Assembly (NCBI GenBank): GCA_964625485.1
Contig: CAZVBK010000002.1
Span: forward strand, 1-36,917
From: an uncultured Candidatus Saccharibacteria bacterium
GTDB lineage: Bacteria > Patescibacteriota > Minisyncoccia > Phycocordibacterales > UBA9973
Reading direction: 5' to 3'
Length of the DNA: 36,917 nt
In this document: in pieces, positions 16,182-24,086 of the stretch
Layout of the letters: every line of letters begins with the position of its first letter
Numbering within the stretch: position 1 is the first letter of the stretch
Translations under genes and position numbers: made by a program
The notes under the pieces: model-generated
Told to the model about the DNA's origin: nothing
Databases searched by the model: none
Seen by the model: only the letters and a program-made list of their open reading frames with translations

Positions 16182-16928
16182 ATGTTACATAATCTTTGGG
16201 ATTTCTTACTTTTCAAGCCTCTAGTCAATCTTTTGGCCTTTCTTATATCTATTGTACCGGGTGGAGATGTGGGCATAGCCATCATCTTGCTTACTCTTTT
16301 GGTAAAAATTGCACTCTATCCCCTCTCTCAGAAGTCTATCGAGAGCCAGGGCAAAATGGCGATCCTTGCTCCAGAAATAAATAAAATAAAAGAAAGTGGA
16401 GCAAGCCAAGAAGAACAAGCTCGCCAGACTTTTGCTCTATACAAGAAACACAAGACTAATCCTTTTTCTGGTTGTCTTTTGGTGTTGATTCAAATACCAA
16501 TAATTTTTGCCCTATACTATGTTTTCTTGAAGGGAATAAAATTTGACCCAAGTCTTCTTTATTCTTTTATTGCTCACCCAGAAAACATGAACATGTCTTT
16601 CCTTGGGTTTATAGACATTGGTTCTAAGAGTGTTTTCTTGGCTATTTTAGCTGGACTATCTCAATACGCTCAAGCGCACTTTATGCCGAAGCCCGCACCG
16701 TCTTCTGGCAACAGTGGCTCTTTCCAAGATAGTTTTGCAAAGAGCATGCATATCCAGATGAGATACGTCTTCCCTTTCGTGGTGGCCTTTATCGCATACA
16801 CTATTTCTGGAGCGATTGCGCTTTACTGGATTGTAAGTAATATGTTTGCAGTAGGTCAGCAGATTTATGCCAATAAAAAGCACGCTAAGATGCTACCGCA
16901 AGAGATAAAAGTCCAAAATCAAAAATAA
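16182..16928 (+). CDS. yidC: membrane protein insertase YidC (short, monoderm/CPR-type)
   Basis: 248 aa, 5 TM helices, YidC/Oxa1 core pattern (PLSQKSIESQGKM..., LYKKHKTNPFSGCLLVLIQIPIIFALY). Synteny after yidD. Confidence 0.9.
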   Translation: MLHNLWDFLLFKPLVNLLAFLISIVPGGDVGIAIILLTLLVKIALYPLSQKSIESQGKMAILAPEINKIKESGASQEEQARQTFALYKKHKTNPFSGCLLVLIQIPIIFALYYVFLKGIKFDPSLLYSFIAHPENMNMSFLGFIDIGSKSVFLAILAGLSQYAQAHFMPKPAPSSGNSGSFQDSFAKSMHIQMRYVFPFVVAFIAYTISGAIALYWIVSNMFAVGQQIYANKKHAKMLPQEIKVQNQK

Positions 16929-16940
16929 ATTTATAACAGC

Positions 16941-17417
16941 ATGGAAAAAGAAGAAATAAAAAACTTCATAAAAGAATTAATAGAAAAGACAGGTGTGTCT
17001 GTGAAGGAAATTTCTGTGGCTGAAGAAGGCGCTAATAATACATGGTTTAAGGTGGAGATAAGTGAACCTCACTTGTACCTCGGACGTGACGGTGAAGCTT
17101 TGTCTGCACTCAATCATGTCGTCCGCAGAGTGTTTGATTCTAAGACTAAAAAAGATGAATCCGCGGCCAAGGAAGATACTTTTTTTATCGATATAAATGG
17201 TTTCCAAAAAGGAAGAATAGACAACATCAAGGCGCTAGCTCATATGATGGCCGAGCGAGCTCGATATTTCAAATCAAGCGTGGAGATAGACCCGATGTCT
17301 TCGTTCGACCGAAGAATCGTGCATGAGTTCTTGGCTGATGCCACAGATCTTAAAACCGAATCCGAGGGCGTAGGCCCTTCTAGGAGAGTGGTGATAAGGT
17401 ATATAGGTACTATCTAA
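16941..17417 (+). CDS. jag: Jag/KhpB-type RNA-binding protein (KH + R3H domains)
   Basis: C-terminal R3H motif region FDRRIVHEFLAD...GPSRRVVIRY. Synteny after yidC. Confidence 0.85.
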   Translation: MEKEEIKNFIKELIEKTGVSVKEISVAEEGANNTWFKVEISEPHLYLGRDGEALSALNHVVRRVFDSKTKKDESAAKEDTFFIDINGFQKGRIDNIKALAHMMAERARYFKSSVEIDPMSSFDRRIVHEFLADATDLKTESEGVGPSRRVVIRYIGTI

Positions 17418-17418
17418 T

Positions 17419-18729
17419 CTATTTTAGTGTTATTTCCCAAAGGAAGGAGTCTTTCTTGTTCACAAAGAACAAGTATTTTTCTGTCGGGTCTATTTGAAGT
17501 TTGATTCCGTCTACCTCTTCCCCGCCTGGCATGGTTATCGGATCAAGTATTAGATTTGTATTACCATTTTCTACGTCTATCAACCAGAAAGAATCGGAGA
17601 AAGAAATCTCTCCTTTATACCAAACATCTGGATAAGAAGATTCATAAATGAGTTTAGGGCTAGCACAATAAATAAATTTATTGGATTGAGACCAGGTACA
17701 TTTATCAGGAAGACCCTTTATTCCTATGGTCTTGGCTTCTCTGGTTTCTGTGTTGTAAATATTCATGGACATTACCCCATCACTATATAAAACCATTTTT
17801 CCGTCTGGACTCATTAAGGTTGTAAGTCCATTGATATTACCGAGAACTTGAGTGAAACTTTTTGTAGTAGGATTTATTTTGTACATATATCCAGGTACCA
17901 AAGAAGACGGTTTTGTTGTTAAGTTTATCGTGCTCGCATTAATCCAAGACGATAGCCATTCTGTAAAAGCGGAGTCAAACACCTGAGTTTTTTTGTCTCC
18001 AGTTGAACCAGCTGTTATACCCACAGAAGCATTGTTGGAATTAAATAAGTAGAACATTTTTGAGCCATCGTAAGACACAGACAGGTCGGTGATATTCTGA
18101 GGAAGAAATGTACCCTTTATTTCATTTGTGTTGCTTGTGTCTCCACCCAAAACTTCTTTAGGTAGTACTCCCACAAAGGTTTCTATTGTTCGGTCATCGG
18201 CTTTTAAGTATCGCATAACAACAGATTCTGCTTTAGCGCCGAAAAAAGCTTCGTGAATTCTTGGGATAATAGTAGAAGTAAATTTCCTCTCTTCTATTTT
18301 GTCAGCAAAGGTTTGATAGATATTACCGTTAGCCTTTTCTGTGTACCTTACCGCAGGCACAAACTCTGTTGTCGGTGCTGTTGGCGTCGTCTCTTGTTCA
18401 TCTATAGCCGGAGCGACTTCCTTGTATCTCTCTTTAGAAAATATACCAAACCCCGCTACTGGCATAGTGGAAACCTTTGTTAGCTTAATATTTGAGTTTA
18501 ACGGCTCTTCCTCGAAATCTTCATCGCCAGTTCCATTGTTTGGTGTTCCGGGTTTCGGGTCTACGATATTACTGTTACCAAAAGGGTTAAAATCAGAAAT
18601 AAAATTGGACCCATCTCCATCCCCAGTGTCCACTCCCCCATTGCCTCTGTTTAAATATAGATAAAGCAGTAACAAACCCACGACAAGGCCTAAGATGATT
18701 GCTAAAAGTGTAAAATTTCTTTTTGACAT
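17419..18729 (-). CDS. membrane-anchored protein with beta-propeller-like (TolB/PD40-like) ectodomain; last gene of the T4SS-like cluster
   Basis: N-terminal TM (FTLLAIILGLVVGLLLLYLYL), then a Gly/Asp/Pro-rich linker. Repeated beta-strand segments include MSPDGKMVLYS and EKYLFFVNKKDSFLWEI. Function unknown. Confidence 0.5.
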   Translation of the reverse strand: MSKRNFTLLAIILGLVVGLLLLYLYLNRGNGGVDTGDGDGSNFISDFNPFGNSNIVDPKPGTPNNGTGDEDFEEEPLNSNIKLTKVSTMPVAGFGIFSKERYKEVAPAIDEQETTPTAPTTEFVPAVRYTEKANGNIYQTFADKIEERKFTSTIIPRIHEAFFGAKAESVVMRYLKADDRTIETFVGVLPKEVLGGDTSNTNEIKGTFLPQNITDLSVSYDGSKMFYLFNSNNASVGITAGSTGDKKTQVFDSAFTEWLSSWINASTINLTTKPSSLVPGYMYKINPTTKSFTQVLGNINGLTTLMSPDGKMVLYSDGVMSMNIYNTETREAKTIGIKGLPDKCTWSQSNKFIYCASPKLIYESSYPDVWYKGEISFSDSFWLIDVENGNTNLILDPITMPGGEEVDGIKLQIDPTEKYLFFVNKKDSFLWEITLK

Positions 18730-18742
18730 ATTATATTTCTAA

Positions 18743-20038
18743 TTATCTACCACTTGTGGACCAATGCCAAGCCTCTGAAGGAAGGTTTATAAAACCATAA
18801 GTCTCTGCATTCTTATCTAGCCAAATAAAACAGGGACTGTTTTTGTCCGGTATTCCTCTCGTACTACCATTACAAGTAAAGTCTACTGCTAAGCCGGTTT
18901 CATGCATTGATGTGCCAGGGAAGGCTGTTGGAGGTTTGCATTGTGACGGAGGTGTGCTGTATAGGTCACCATTGCAGTGCTGAGCTCTCAGTTGCATCTG
19001 GCGGGCACGAGTCCTCCAACCCCAACCACCCAAATTTACCCCTTGGGCTTTAGCCGCTGCTATCATGTCAGTAAGTTTTTGGGCGATACGGCCACAAACA
19101 GTAAAATTTCCGCCTGCTGTGCTTACGCTTTTTATACCCTCAGGACACCTACTCGGGGTTGCAGCTGCTCCAGCTGGAACCCCTGTTGGGAAATTACTGG
19201 CAGTTGGTACCACTCCACCGTCGGAGTCCATACCAATTGTTACAAGTACGGCATCTTTTATCTGAGGATCGGTTATTAGTAGGTCTGGGTTTATCGTGTT
19301 TAATACAACATAAGAACCAAGCGCCAGTATTAATCCTCCTATTGCACCCAATATTCTTTTCTTTCCCTCATCTTTATGCGACACCAGCTCTGTGGTCATG
19401 TATTCTATTCCCCCTACCACTATCATTAGCATCGCCAAGACAGCGCAAATACCTATGAACAGTCTGATCATCAGGTTTAAATAGGTGCTAAACGAATTTG
19501 ATTTAGTTGCGTCAAAGTTTTGCCCGTCGAAATTACCTCCCATAGAAGGAAGAGGGGTCAGTAATTTGTAGTTTCTTGCTCCGTCAGGCAGACAACTGGT
19601 TTTTCCGCTGGCGTCAGTGTAGGACACTGTGTTCGTAGGACAGTTGTTCGGGTTATTTGAACCCATTCCTGTAGTACTAGGAGTAGCTACTGTTACTTGG
19701 ACACTGTTTGAGGCATATCCAGTCGCACTTGCAGTGATCGTGAAAGTTCCCGCAGGTGAACTGGCGCCGTGGACAAAATCTACTGCACAGAATCCTACGC
19801 TTGGAGAGATTGAGCACAATGTTGGAGACAGCGCTCCTCCTGTTGTAGAAAAATTTATATTTACGGCAGTGGTTTTAGGTGAAGGCAGAGCAACTGTTAT
19901 TTTGGTTTGTTGTCCTGGTTGGATTGTTGCCACCCCTGCTCCTATGTGTAGTTGAGGCGTCTGGGCAAGCAAGACACCTGGCAAAAATATGCTAAGTAGG
20001 ATAATTAGTATTAAAAATTTCTGTGGCCTTTGGTTCAT
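18743..20038 (-). CDS. tripartite envelope protein: signal peptide + Ig-like domain, T4SS-pilin-type double-TM module, C-terminal M15 (VanY-like) peptidoglycan peptidase
   Basis: Signal peptide FLILIILLSIFLPGVLLAQ. The pilin module YKLLTPLP...YLNLMIRLFIGICAVLAMLMIVVGGIEYM...ILGAIGGLILALGSYVVLNTINPDLL matches the CPR/monoderm T4SS_pilin (TrbC/VirB2-like) pattern. The C-terminus carries LAS-metallopeptidase motifs SMHETGLAVD and SEAWHW. Confidence 0.65.
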   Translation of the reverse strand: MNQRPQKFLILIILLSIFLPGVLLAQTPQLHIGAGVATIQPGQQTKITVALPSPKTTAVNINFSTTGGALSPTLCSISPSVGFCAVDFVHGASSPAGTFTITASATGYASNSVQVTVATPSTTGMGSNNPNNCPTNTVSYTDASGKTSCLPDGARNYKLLTPLPSMGGNFDGQNFDATKSNSFSTYLNLMIRLFIGICAVLAMLMIVVGGIEYMTTELVSHKDEGKKRILGAIGGLILALGSYVVLNTINPDLLITDPQIKDAVLVTIGMDSDGGVVPTASNFPTGVPAGAAATPSRCPEGIKSVSTAGGNFTVCGRIAQKLTDMIAAAKAQGVNLGGWGWRTRARQMQLRAQHCNGDLYSTPPSQCKPPTAFPGTSMHETGLAVDFTCNGSTRGIPDKNSPCFIWLDKNAETYGFINLPSEAWHWSTSGR

Positions 20039-20039
20039 T

Positions 20040-21047
20040 TTAAAATCCTATGGTTATGCTCTTACTTGCGGTTTGGAACAGCTTATCTGTGTTTTCAATA
20101 TCAAGCCTCAGCGTAGATGCGCCAGATATTCCCTCTTGTACTGTTAAGGGCATCATGTTTTTATTGTAATTCCTTATTTCTTGCATTTCTTCGTCTATAT
20201 ACCAGCGGAATACCCAGATAGGATAATTGAATTCTTTTGGAGATATATAATATGGCGCAGCGACCAAAACCATGCTTTGATCTATAGTGTGACCATCCTC
20301 CAAGGCATTGTTCCAGTCCACTCCAAAAACAGCGTCTTTTTTATAGAAAGTTATCTCAGGTTCGGATGCTGAGGTTGTAATACTTGCCTCTGCGGAAGCG
20401 CTTTGGTCTAAGGTCGAAGCAACGACAGACACACTACTAACTGGCTCCAGGAAGTCGCTCATAAACACATAAGAGTTTTTTCCGTACCCAGATCCATCTG
20501 GGTCATTAGTGTAGTCCTTTTTCCAAGAATAGGTGAGATTTTTAGGATTGATAGTTCCATTACCAGATTTTATCTCTGGCATAGCCACTATTTTTACATC
20601 ACTACCCTCTGTCAGCAGGGCTTTACCCTTATAAAAAGGTGGAACGTAAGCATCATTTGCTTGCCACAATAGAGTCATGACAGCTGGTTTGATGTTTAGC
20701 CTTTTCCTCAATTCCCCGTTTACTGTACCAATGACAACTTCTATCTGAGTGGTGACCCCAAGAGCCCCAGATTCAATGCTAAATGACTTTTTGCCCACCC
20801 CAGACAGAACACTTTTGCCGTTAACAAGCCAAGTTATGAGGAGACTGTCTAGGTTTAGAGAATATGTACTTAGTGTTAGGCTCACCTCTTCATGAGGATT
20901 TGGGTTTTCGGGAACCGAAGTTAGGAGTATGTCAGTTGCTGAAACGGCCAATGCTTTTTCTGGAATACCAAGAAAATAAAAAGCAAAGATGAAAATCGGT
21001 AGCATAACCGAAAGAACTGGAAGTACCGATGAAGTTTTTAATCTCAT
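20040..21047 (-). CDS. secreted/anchored protein, probable tandem beta-sandwich repeats; unknown function
   Basis: N-terminal hydrophobic segment (VLPVLSVMLPIFIFAFYFLGI). Three segments each contain a Trp-centred strand (ITWLVNGK, TYSWKKDY, VFRWYIDEE). No recognisable catalytic motif. Confidence 0.45.
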   Translation of the reverse strand: MRLKTSSVLPVLSVMLPIFIFAFYFLGIPEKALAVSATDILLTSVPENPNPHEEVSLTLSTYSLNLDSLLITWLVNGKSVLSGVGKKSFSIESGALGVTTQIEVVIGTVNGELRKRLNIKPAVMTLLWQANDAYVPPFYKGKALLTEGSDVKIVAMPEIKSGNGTINPKNLTYSWKKDYTNDPDGSGYGKNSYVFMSDFLEPVSSVSVVASTLDQSASAEASITTSASEPEITFYKKDAVFGVDWNNALEDGHTIDQSMVLVAAPYYISPKEFNYPIWVFRWYIDEEMQEIRNYNKNMMPLTVQEGISGASTLRLDIENTDKLFQTASKSITIGF

Positions 21048-21053
21048 AATTTA

Positions 21054-21059
21054 ATTATA
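21054..21059 (-). promoter_or_regulatory. -10 hexamer TATAAT 6 nt upstream of ATG 21047 (possible internal promoter)
   Basis: Minus strand reads GGTTATATAAT-TAAATT-ATG. Confidence 0.35.
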
Positions 21060-21064
21060 TAACC

Positions 21065-21089
21065 AAAGGGCTTTTTCACAAAGCCCTTT
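21065..21089 (-). terminator. intra-cluster hairpin after the virB4-like gene (attenuator or mRNA-stabilising stem)
   Basis: AAAGGGCTTT-TTCAC-AAAGCCCTTT, 10-bp perfect stem, 4 nt after the VirB4-like stop. The downstream U-tract on the minus strand is only TTTGGTT, so termination is probably partial. Confidence 0.45.
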
Positions 21090-21092
21090 CCT

Positions 21093-22946
21093 CTAACTCG
21101 TCTTCATTTCTGAGGCCTCTAGGTCCATCTTGGATTTCTTTATAGAAAGTAGTTGTGATGGATCAGAAGTAATAATCTGGTCTTCGGTATAAGAAGAAAT
21201 AACCTTTATGGCTACGTGCTTGAGACCGGCAAAGAAAATACCCTCCCCTACTCCGGATTCCAAAAGAAGATATTTTTCTTCGTTTGTTAGGTTGAAAGTT
21301 TTCTGAAGGACGTCTATCGTCGTCGGAGATTGTTTTAGTAAGAGTTGGATAGAAGAGTTGGTGACAATAGGCACACCATATGGAGATTTCATAAAGTCTG
21401 CCGCGTCTTGAGTGATAGTGGCCAGACCCAGATAGTATTTTCTACCTCTTTTGGCAATGGAGTACAAGAAAGATGCGGTGTCTTCGGACTTCATCATCCA
21501 CCAAGCCTCGTCCACTACTAGCAATCTCTTCTTGAGAGTTTTACGAATAGCGTTCCAGATGTAGTGCATGATTATATACATAGCTACTGGCTTGAGCTCG
21601 TCTTCCATATCTCGCACAGAGAAAACCACGAATTTCTTGTTTATGTCTACGTTTGATGGGCGGTTTAGGAATGTTGCCCATGTGCCTTTGGTGTACTTTG
21701 CTAGTCTTTGGACCACAGACTCACTCCCTTCCATACCAGTTAGAACCATTTCAAAGTCGGAAAGAAGTGGCGGTTCGATAGACGCGAAGTCTGAGTCTGC
21801 AGTGATGTCTTTGATGGCATAAGTCTCAGAGATTGCCCTGTCGACGATAGAATCCTCTTCTGGGGTTAGTCCTCCCAACATAAGACGGAAAAGACCGACA
21901 AGGTTTATGATGTTTGAACGTAGCACGTCCTCAGGAGCTTCGTCTTCTCTAGGTATCGGAAGTTCAAAAGGGTTGATGTGGTGATCCGAAGAAAGTGAGA
22001 TATTGAAATACCTACCGCCCACTGTTTCAGCCAAATATTCATATTCCCTTTCAGGGTCTATAACAATTACATCGATATCAAACATTAGTGAACGAAGTAT
22101 TTCTAGTTTAGTGGCATAACTTTTACCAGAACCAGACTTTGCGAAAGTCACAGAGTTGTAGTTTTCTAGTGAAAAACGATCAAATATAACGAGACTAGAG
22201 TTGTGCCTATTTACTCCATAGAGTATTCCCTTATCTGAAGTTAGGTCAAAAGAAATAAATGGGAAAACACTAGAAAGAGGCTCAGAGTTAAGCTTTTGAT
22301 GGATATTGAGAAGGTCTGAGCCTATAGGTATGACGCTCTTAAAACCATCCTCTTGTTGGAAAAGGGCTGGTTTGATGTAGATAAGCTTGGATTCGAGCAT
22401 GGATTTGATTTCGTTCTCCAGTTTAAATAGTTCTAGCTCATTGTCGGCATAGACTGTTATGTAGATACTTACATCAAACATTTTCTCTTGGGCTTGGACC
22501 AAGCTATCACGAAGAGAATCTAGGTCTTGGTAGGCGGTGTCGAGCATCGGGTCTCTCACCATTCCCTTTGCTTCTCGGACGCTTATCTGACTTTGGACTT
22601 CAGCTACTTTCTTTTGGAATTGGCGAAGTACTAGAGATGTGTCTATCGGATGTATGAAAATAGAAACGTCAAAGATTTTATCTAGGTTGATGATAGGCGA
22701 AAACCAGTTGTCGGTCAGAAATCTCGGATAAGAGATGATAAAGAACGTGCGGGCGATTTTGTCTCCGAGGTTTATGGACTTGGACTCGATTTTTAGGGCT
22801 GAAGGAGCGATGACGTCTTGGAGTTCTAGGTTTGCAGACTCATATATTTTGTCTGGGAGAACAGGCAAAACAGAGGAATTGATATCATTCGATCCCGTGT
22901 ATCCATCTATTTTATTTTTTCCAAAAACTTTATCAAAAATTCCCAT
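21093..22946 (-). CDS. virB4: VirB4/TrbE/TraC-family type IV secretion ATPase
   Basis: Walker A FAKSGSGKSYATK and Walker B RLLVVDEAWWMM. N-terminal VirB4-type domain (ARTFFIISYPRFLTDNWFSPIINL...). SD-like GGGGAG lies 6 nt upstream of the ATG. Confidence 0.85.
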   Translation of the reverse strand: MGIFDKVFGKNKIDGYTGSNDINSSVLPVLPDKIYESANLELQDVIAPSALKIESKSINLGDKIARTFFIISYPRFLTDNWFSPIINLDKIFDVSIFIHPIDTSLVLRQFQKKVAEVQSQISVREAKGMVRDPMLDTAYQDLDSLRDSLVQAQEKMFDVSIYITVYADNELELFKLENEIKSMLESKLIYIKPALFQQEDGFKSVIPIGSDLLNIHQKLNSEPLSSVFPFISFDLTSDKGILYGVNRHNSSLVIFDRFSLENYNSVTFAKSGSGKSYATKLEILRSLMFDIDVIVIDPEREYEYLAETVGGRYFNISLSSDHHINPFELPIPREDEAPEDVLRSNIINLVGLFRLMLGGLTPEEDSIVDRAISETYAIKDITADSDFASIEPPLLSDFEMVLTGMEGSESVVQRLAKYTKGTWATFLNRPSNVDINKKFVVFSVRDMEDELKPVAMYIIMHYIWNAIRKTLKKRLLVVDEAWWMMKSEDTASFLYSIAKRGRKYYLGLATITQDAADFMKSPYGVPIVTNSSIQLLLKQSPTTIDVLQKTFNLTNEEKYLLLESGVGEGIFFAGLKHVAIKVISSYTEDQIITSDPSQLLSIKKSKMDLEASEMKTS

Positions 22947-22965
22947 ATCGTACTCCCCTATTATA

Positions 22966-23610
22966 CTACATTTGGTCGAGACGTATCTTGCCTTGCAGTT
23001 CTCCTGGATTGAAAACTTTATAAAAAGCCTCCACTACTTCTTCTGTGCCTAGCTGTGCGGACTTGATGCCACAGCTTGATAATCCTTGCTGGACCACGCT
23101 CACCCTTTGTTCTAATTGGGATCTTTTTTCTTCAAAATCAAACTGTCGTGAGGCTTCTTCCTCGAGCTTGGCCTCTTTAGAGAAAAAATTCTTGAATCCC
23201 CCGTAGTTAGATTTTAGGCTAGTGTGACTATATGGTATGACCACAAAGAAACTTTTGGTCATGATGCTCACCGAGTCGGTAAAATTCCTTATGAATTCCA
23301 TGTATTCCTTAGTTTGCATTTTGAGTAGTGGTTCAGTTTGCAGATTCATCCTCTCTTCGAGCAGGAGAAGATATGGCCTGATGTCCAGACGCCTAGACTG
23401 CACTGCTATTTGCACAGAAAAATCCAAGGTGTTTAAAAAGTTTTGGAACTGGAGAATCGTCGCCCTTTGCTCATCTTCGGATTTCAAAGATAGGTTTACA
23501 GAGTTTGCTAGCACTATCGCTCGCAAACCCTCATCTTTTAAGATGACTATACCATCGCGCACTGCTTGGATGGGGACAAACTCTTGAGTTGCTTTTGCGT
23601 TTAATGCCAT
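22966..23610 (-). CDS. standalone protein resembling the N-terminal domain of monoderm VirB4 ATPases (no NTPase motifs)
   Basis: TQEFVPIQAVRDGIVILKDEGLRAIVLANSVNLSLKSEDEQRATILQFQNFLNTLDFSVQIAVQSRRLD and FFVVIPY follow the pattern seen at the N-terminus of VirB4/TraE-like proteins. No Walker motifs and no TM. Confidence 0.4.
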   Translation of the reverse strand: MALNAKATQEFVPIQAVRDGIVILKDEGLRAIVLANSVNLSLKSEDEQRATILQFQNFLNTLDFSVQIAVQSRRLDIRPYLLLLEERMNLQTEPLLKMQTKEYMEFIRNFTDSVSIMTKSFFVVIPYSHTSLKSNYGGFKNFFSKEAKLEEEASRQFDFEEKRSQLEQRVSVVQQGLSSCGIKSAQLGTEEVVEAFYKVFNPGELQGKIRLDQM

Positions 23611-23613
23611 AAA

Positions 23614-24045
23614 TTAATAATTATTTCTTTGATTGGGCTTCTTTAAATCTAACACATCTAGACTCCAAGCCAAGTCCCTAAGCTTACTGCCATCTAGTTT
23701 AGAGGTCGTGTGGTCTATGATAAGTTTTTTGTCAGCAGATTCGTCTTTGCTCTCTTTCTTTTCATAAGTTCTTCTCTTCCATATATATAGCTTGTCTTGC
23801 ATTAGGAATTTTAGGCCAGACTCGAGCATCTCCACAAAAGGTTTACCGTTAGGCTTGTAGAAAGTAAGTGAACCAGAAAGTGCGGCGATCATGACCATGG
23901 GAATCAAACCCAGGGTCAACCCTAGCCATTTATACAATACAAAACAGAGCCCTGCCCCACCTATCAAGTAAATAAACTCCCGAAAGGTAAAAGGTCCGAA
24001 TATTTTGTCTTCTATTTCTAAAAATTGTGGAACTTTGAATTGCAT
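23614..24045 (-). CDS. PrgI-family (VirB3-like) small membrane protein
   Basis: MQFKVPQFLEIEDKIFGPFTFREFIYLIGGAGLCFVLYKW... followed by a second TM helix. This is the characteristic PrgI-family N-terminus, positioned immediately upstream of the VirB4-related genes. Confidence 0.65.
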   Translation of the reverse strand: MQFKVPQFLEIEDKIFGPFTFREFIYLIGGAGLCFVLYKWLGLTLGLIPMVMIAALSGSLTFYKPNGKPFVEMLESGLKFLMQDKLYIWKRRTYEKKESKDESADKKLIIDHTTSKLDGSKLRDLAWSLDVLDLKKPNQRNNY

Positions 24046-24086
24046 AACTTTCTGCTTTACACTTTTACTTTATAAATATATGGGGT

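Noticed and set aside
18253-19955. Plus-strand ORFs within the last two cluster genes (18253-18483, 18341-18664, 18977-19279, 19065-19265, 19159-19458, 19629-19955)
   Set aside because: They are antisense shadows of ORFs that have signal peptides or domain motifs. Their composition is dominated by Ser/Pro/Leu from reverse-complemented Gly/Thr/Ala-rich coding sequence.
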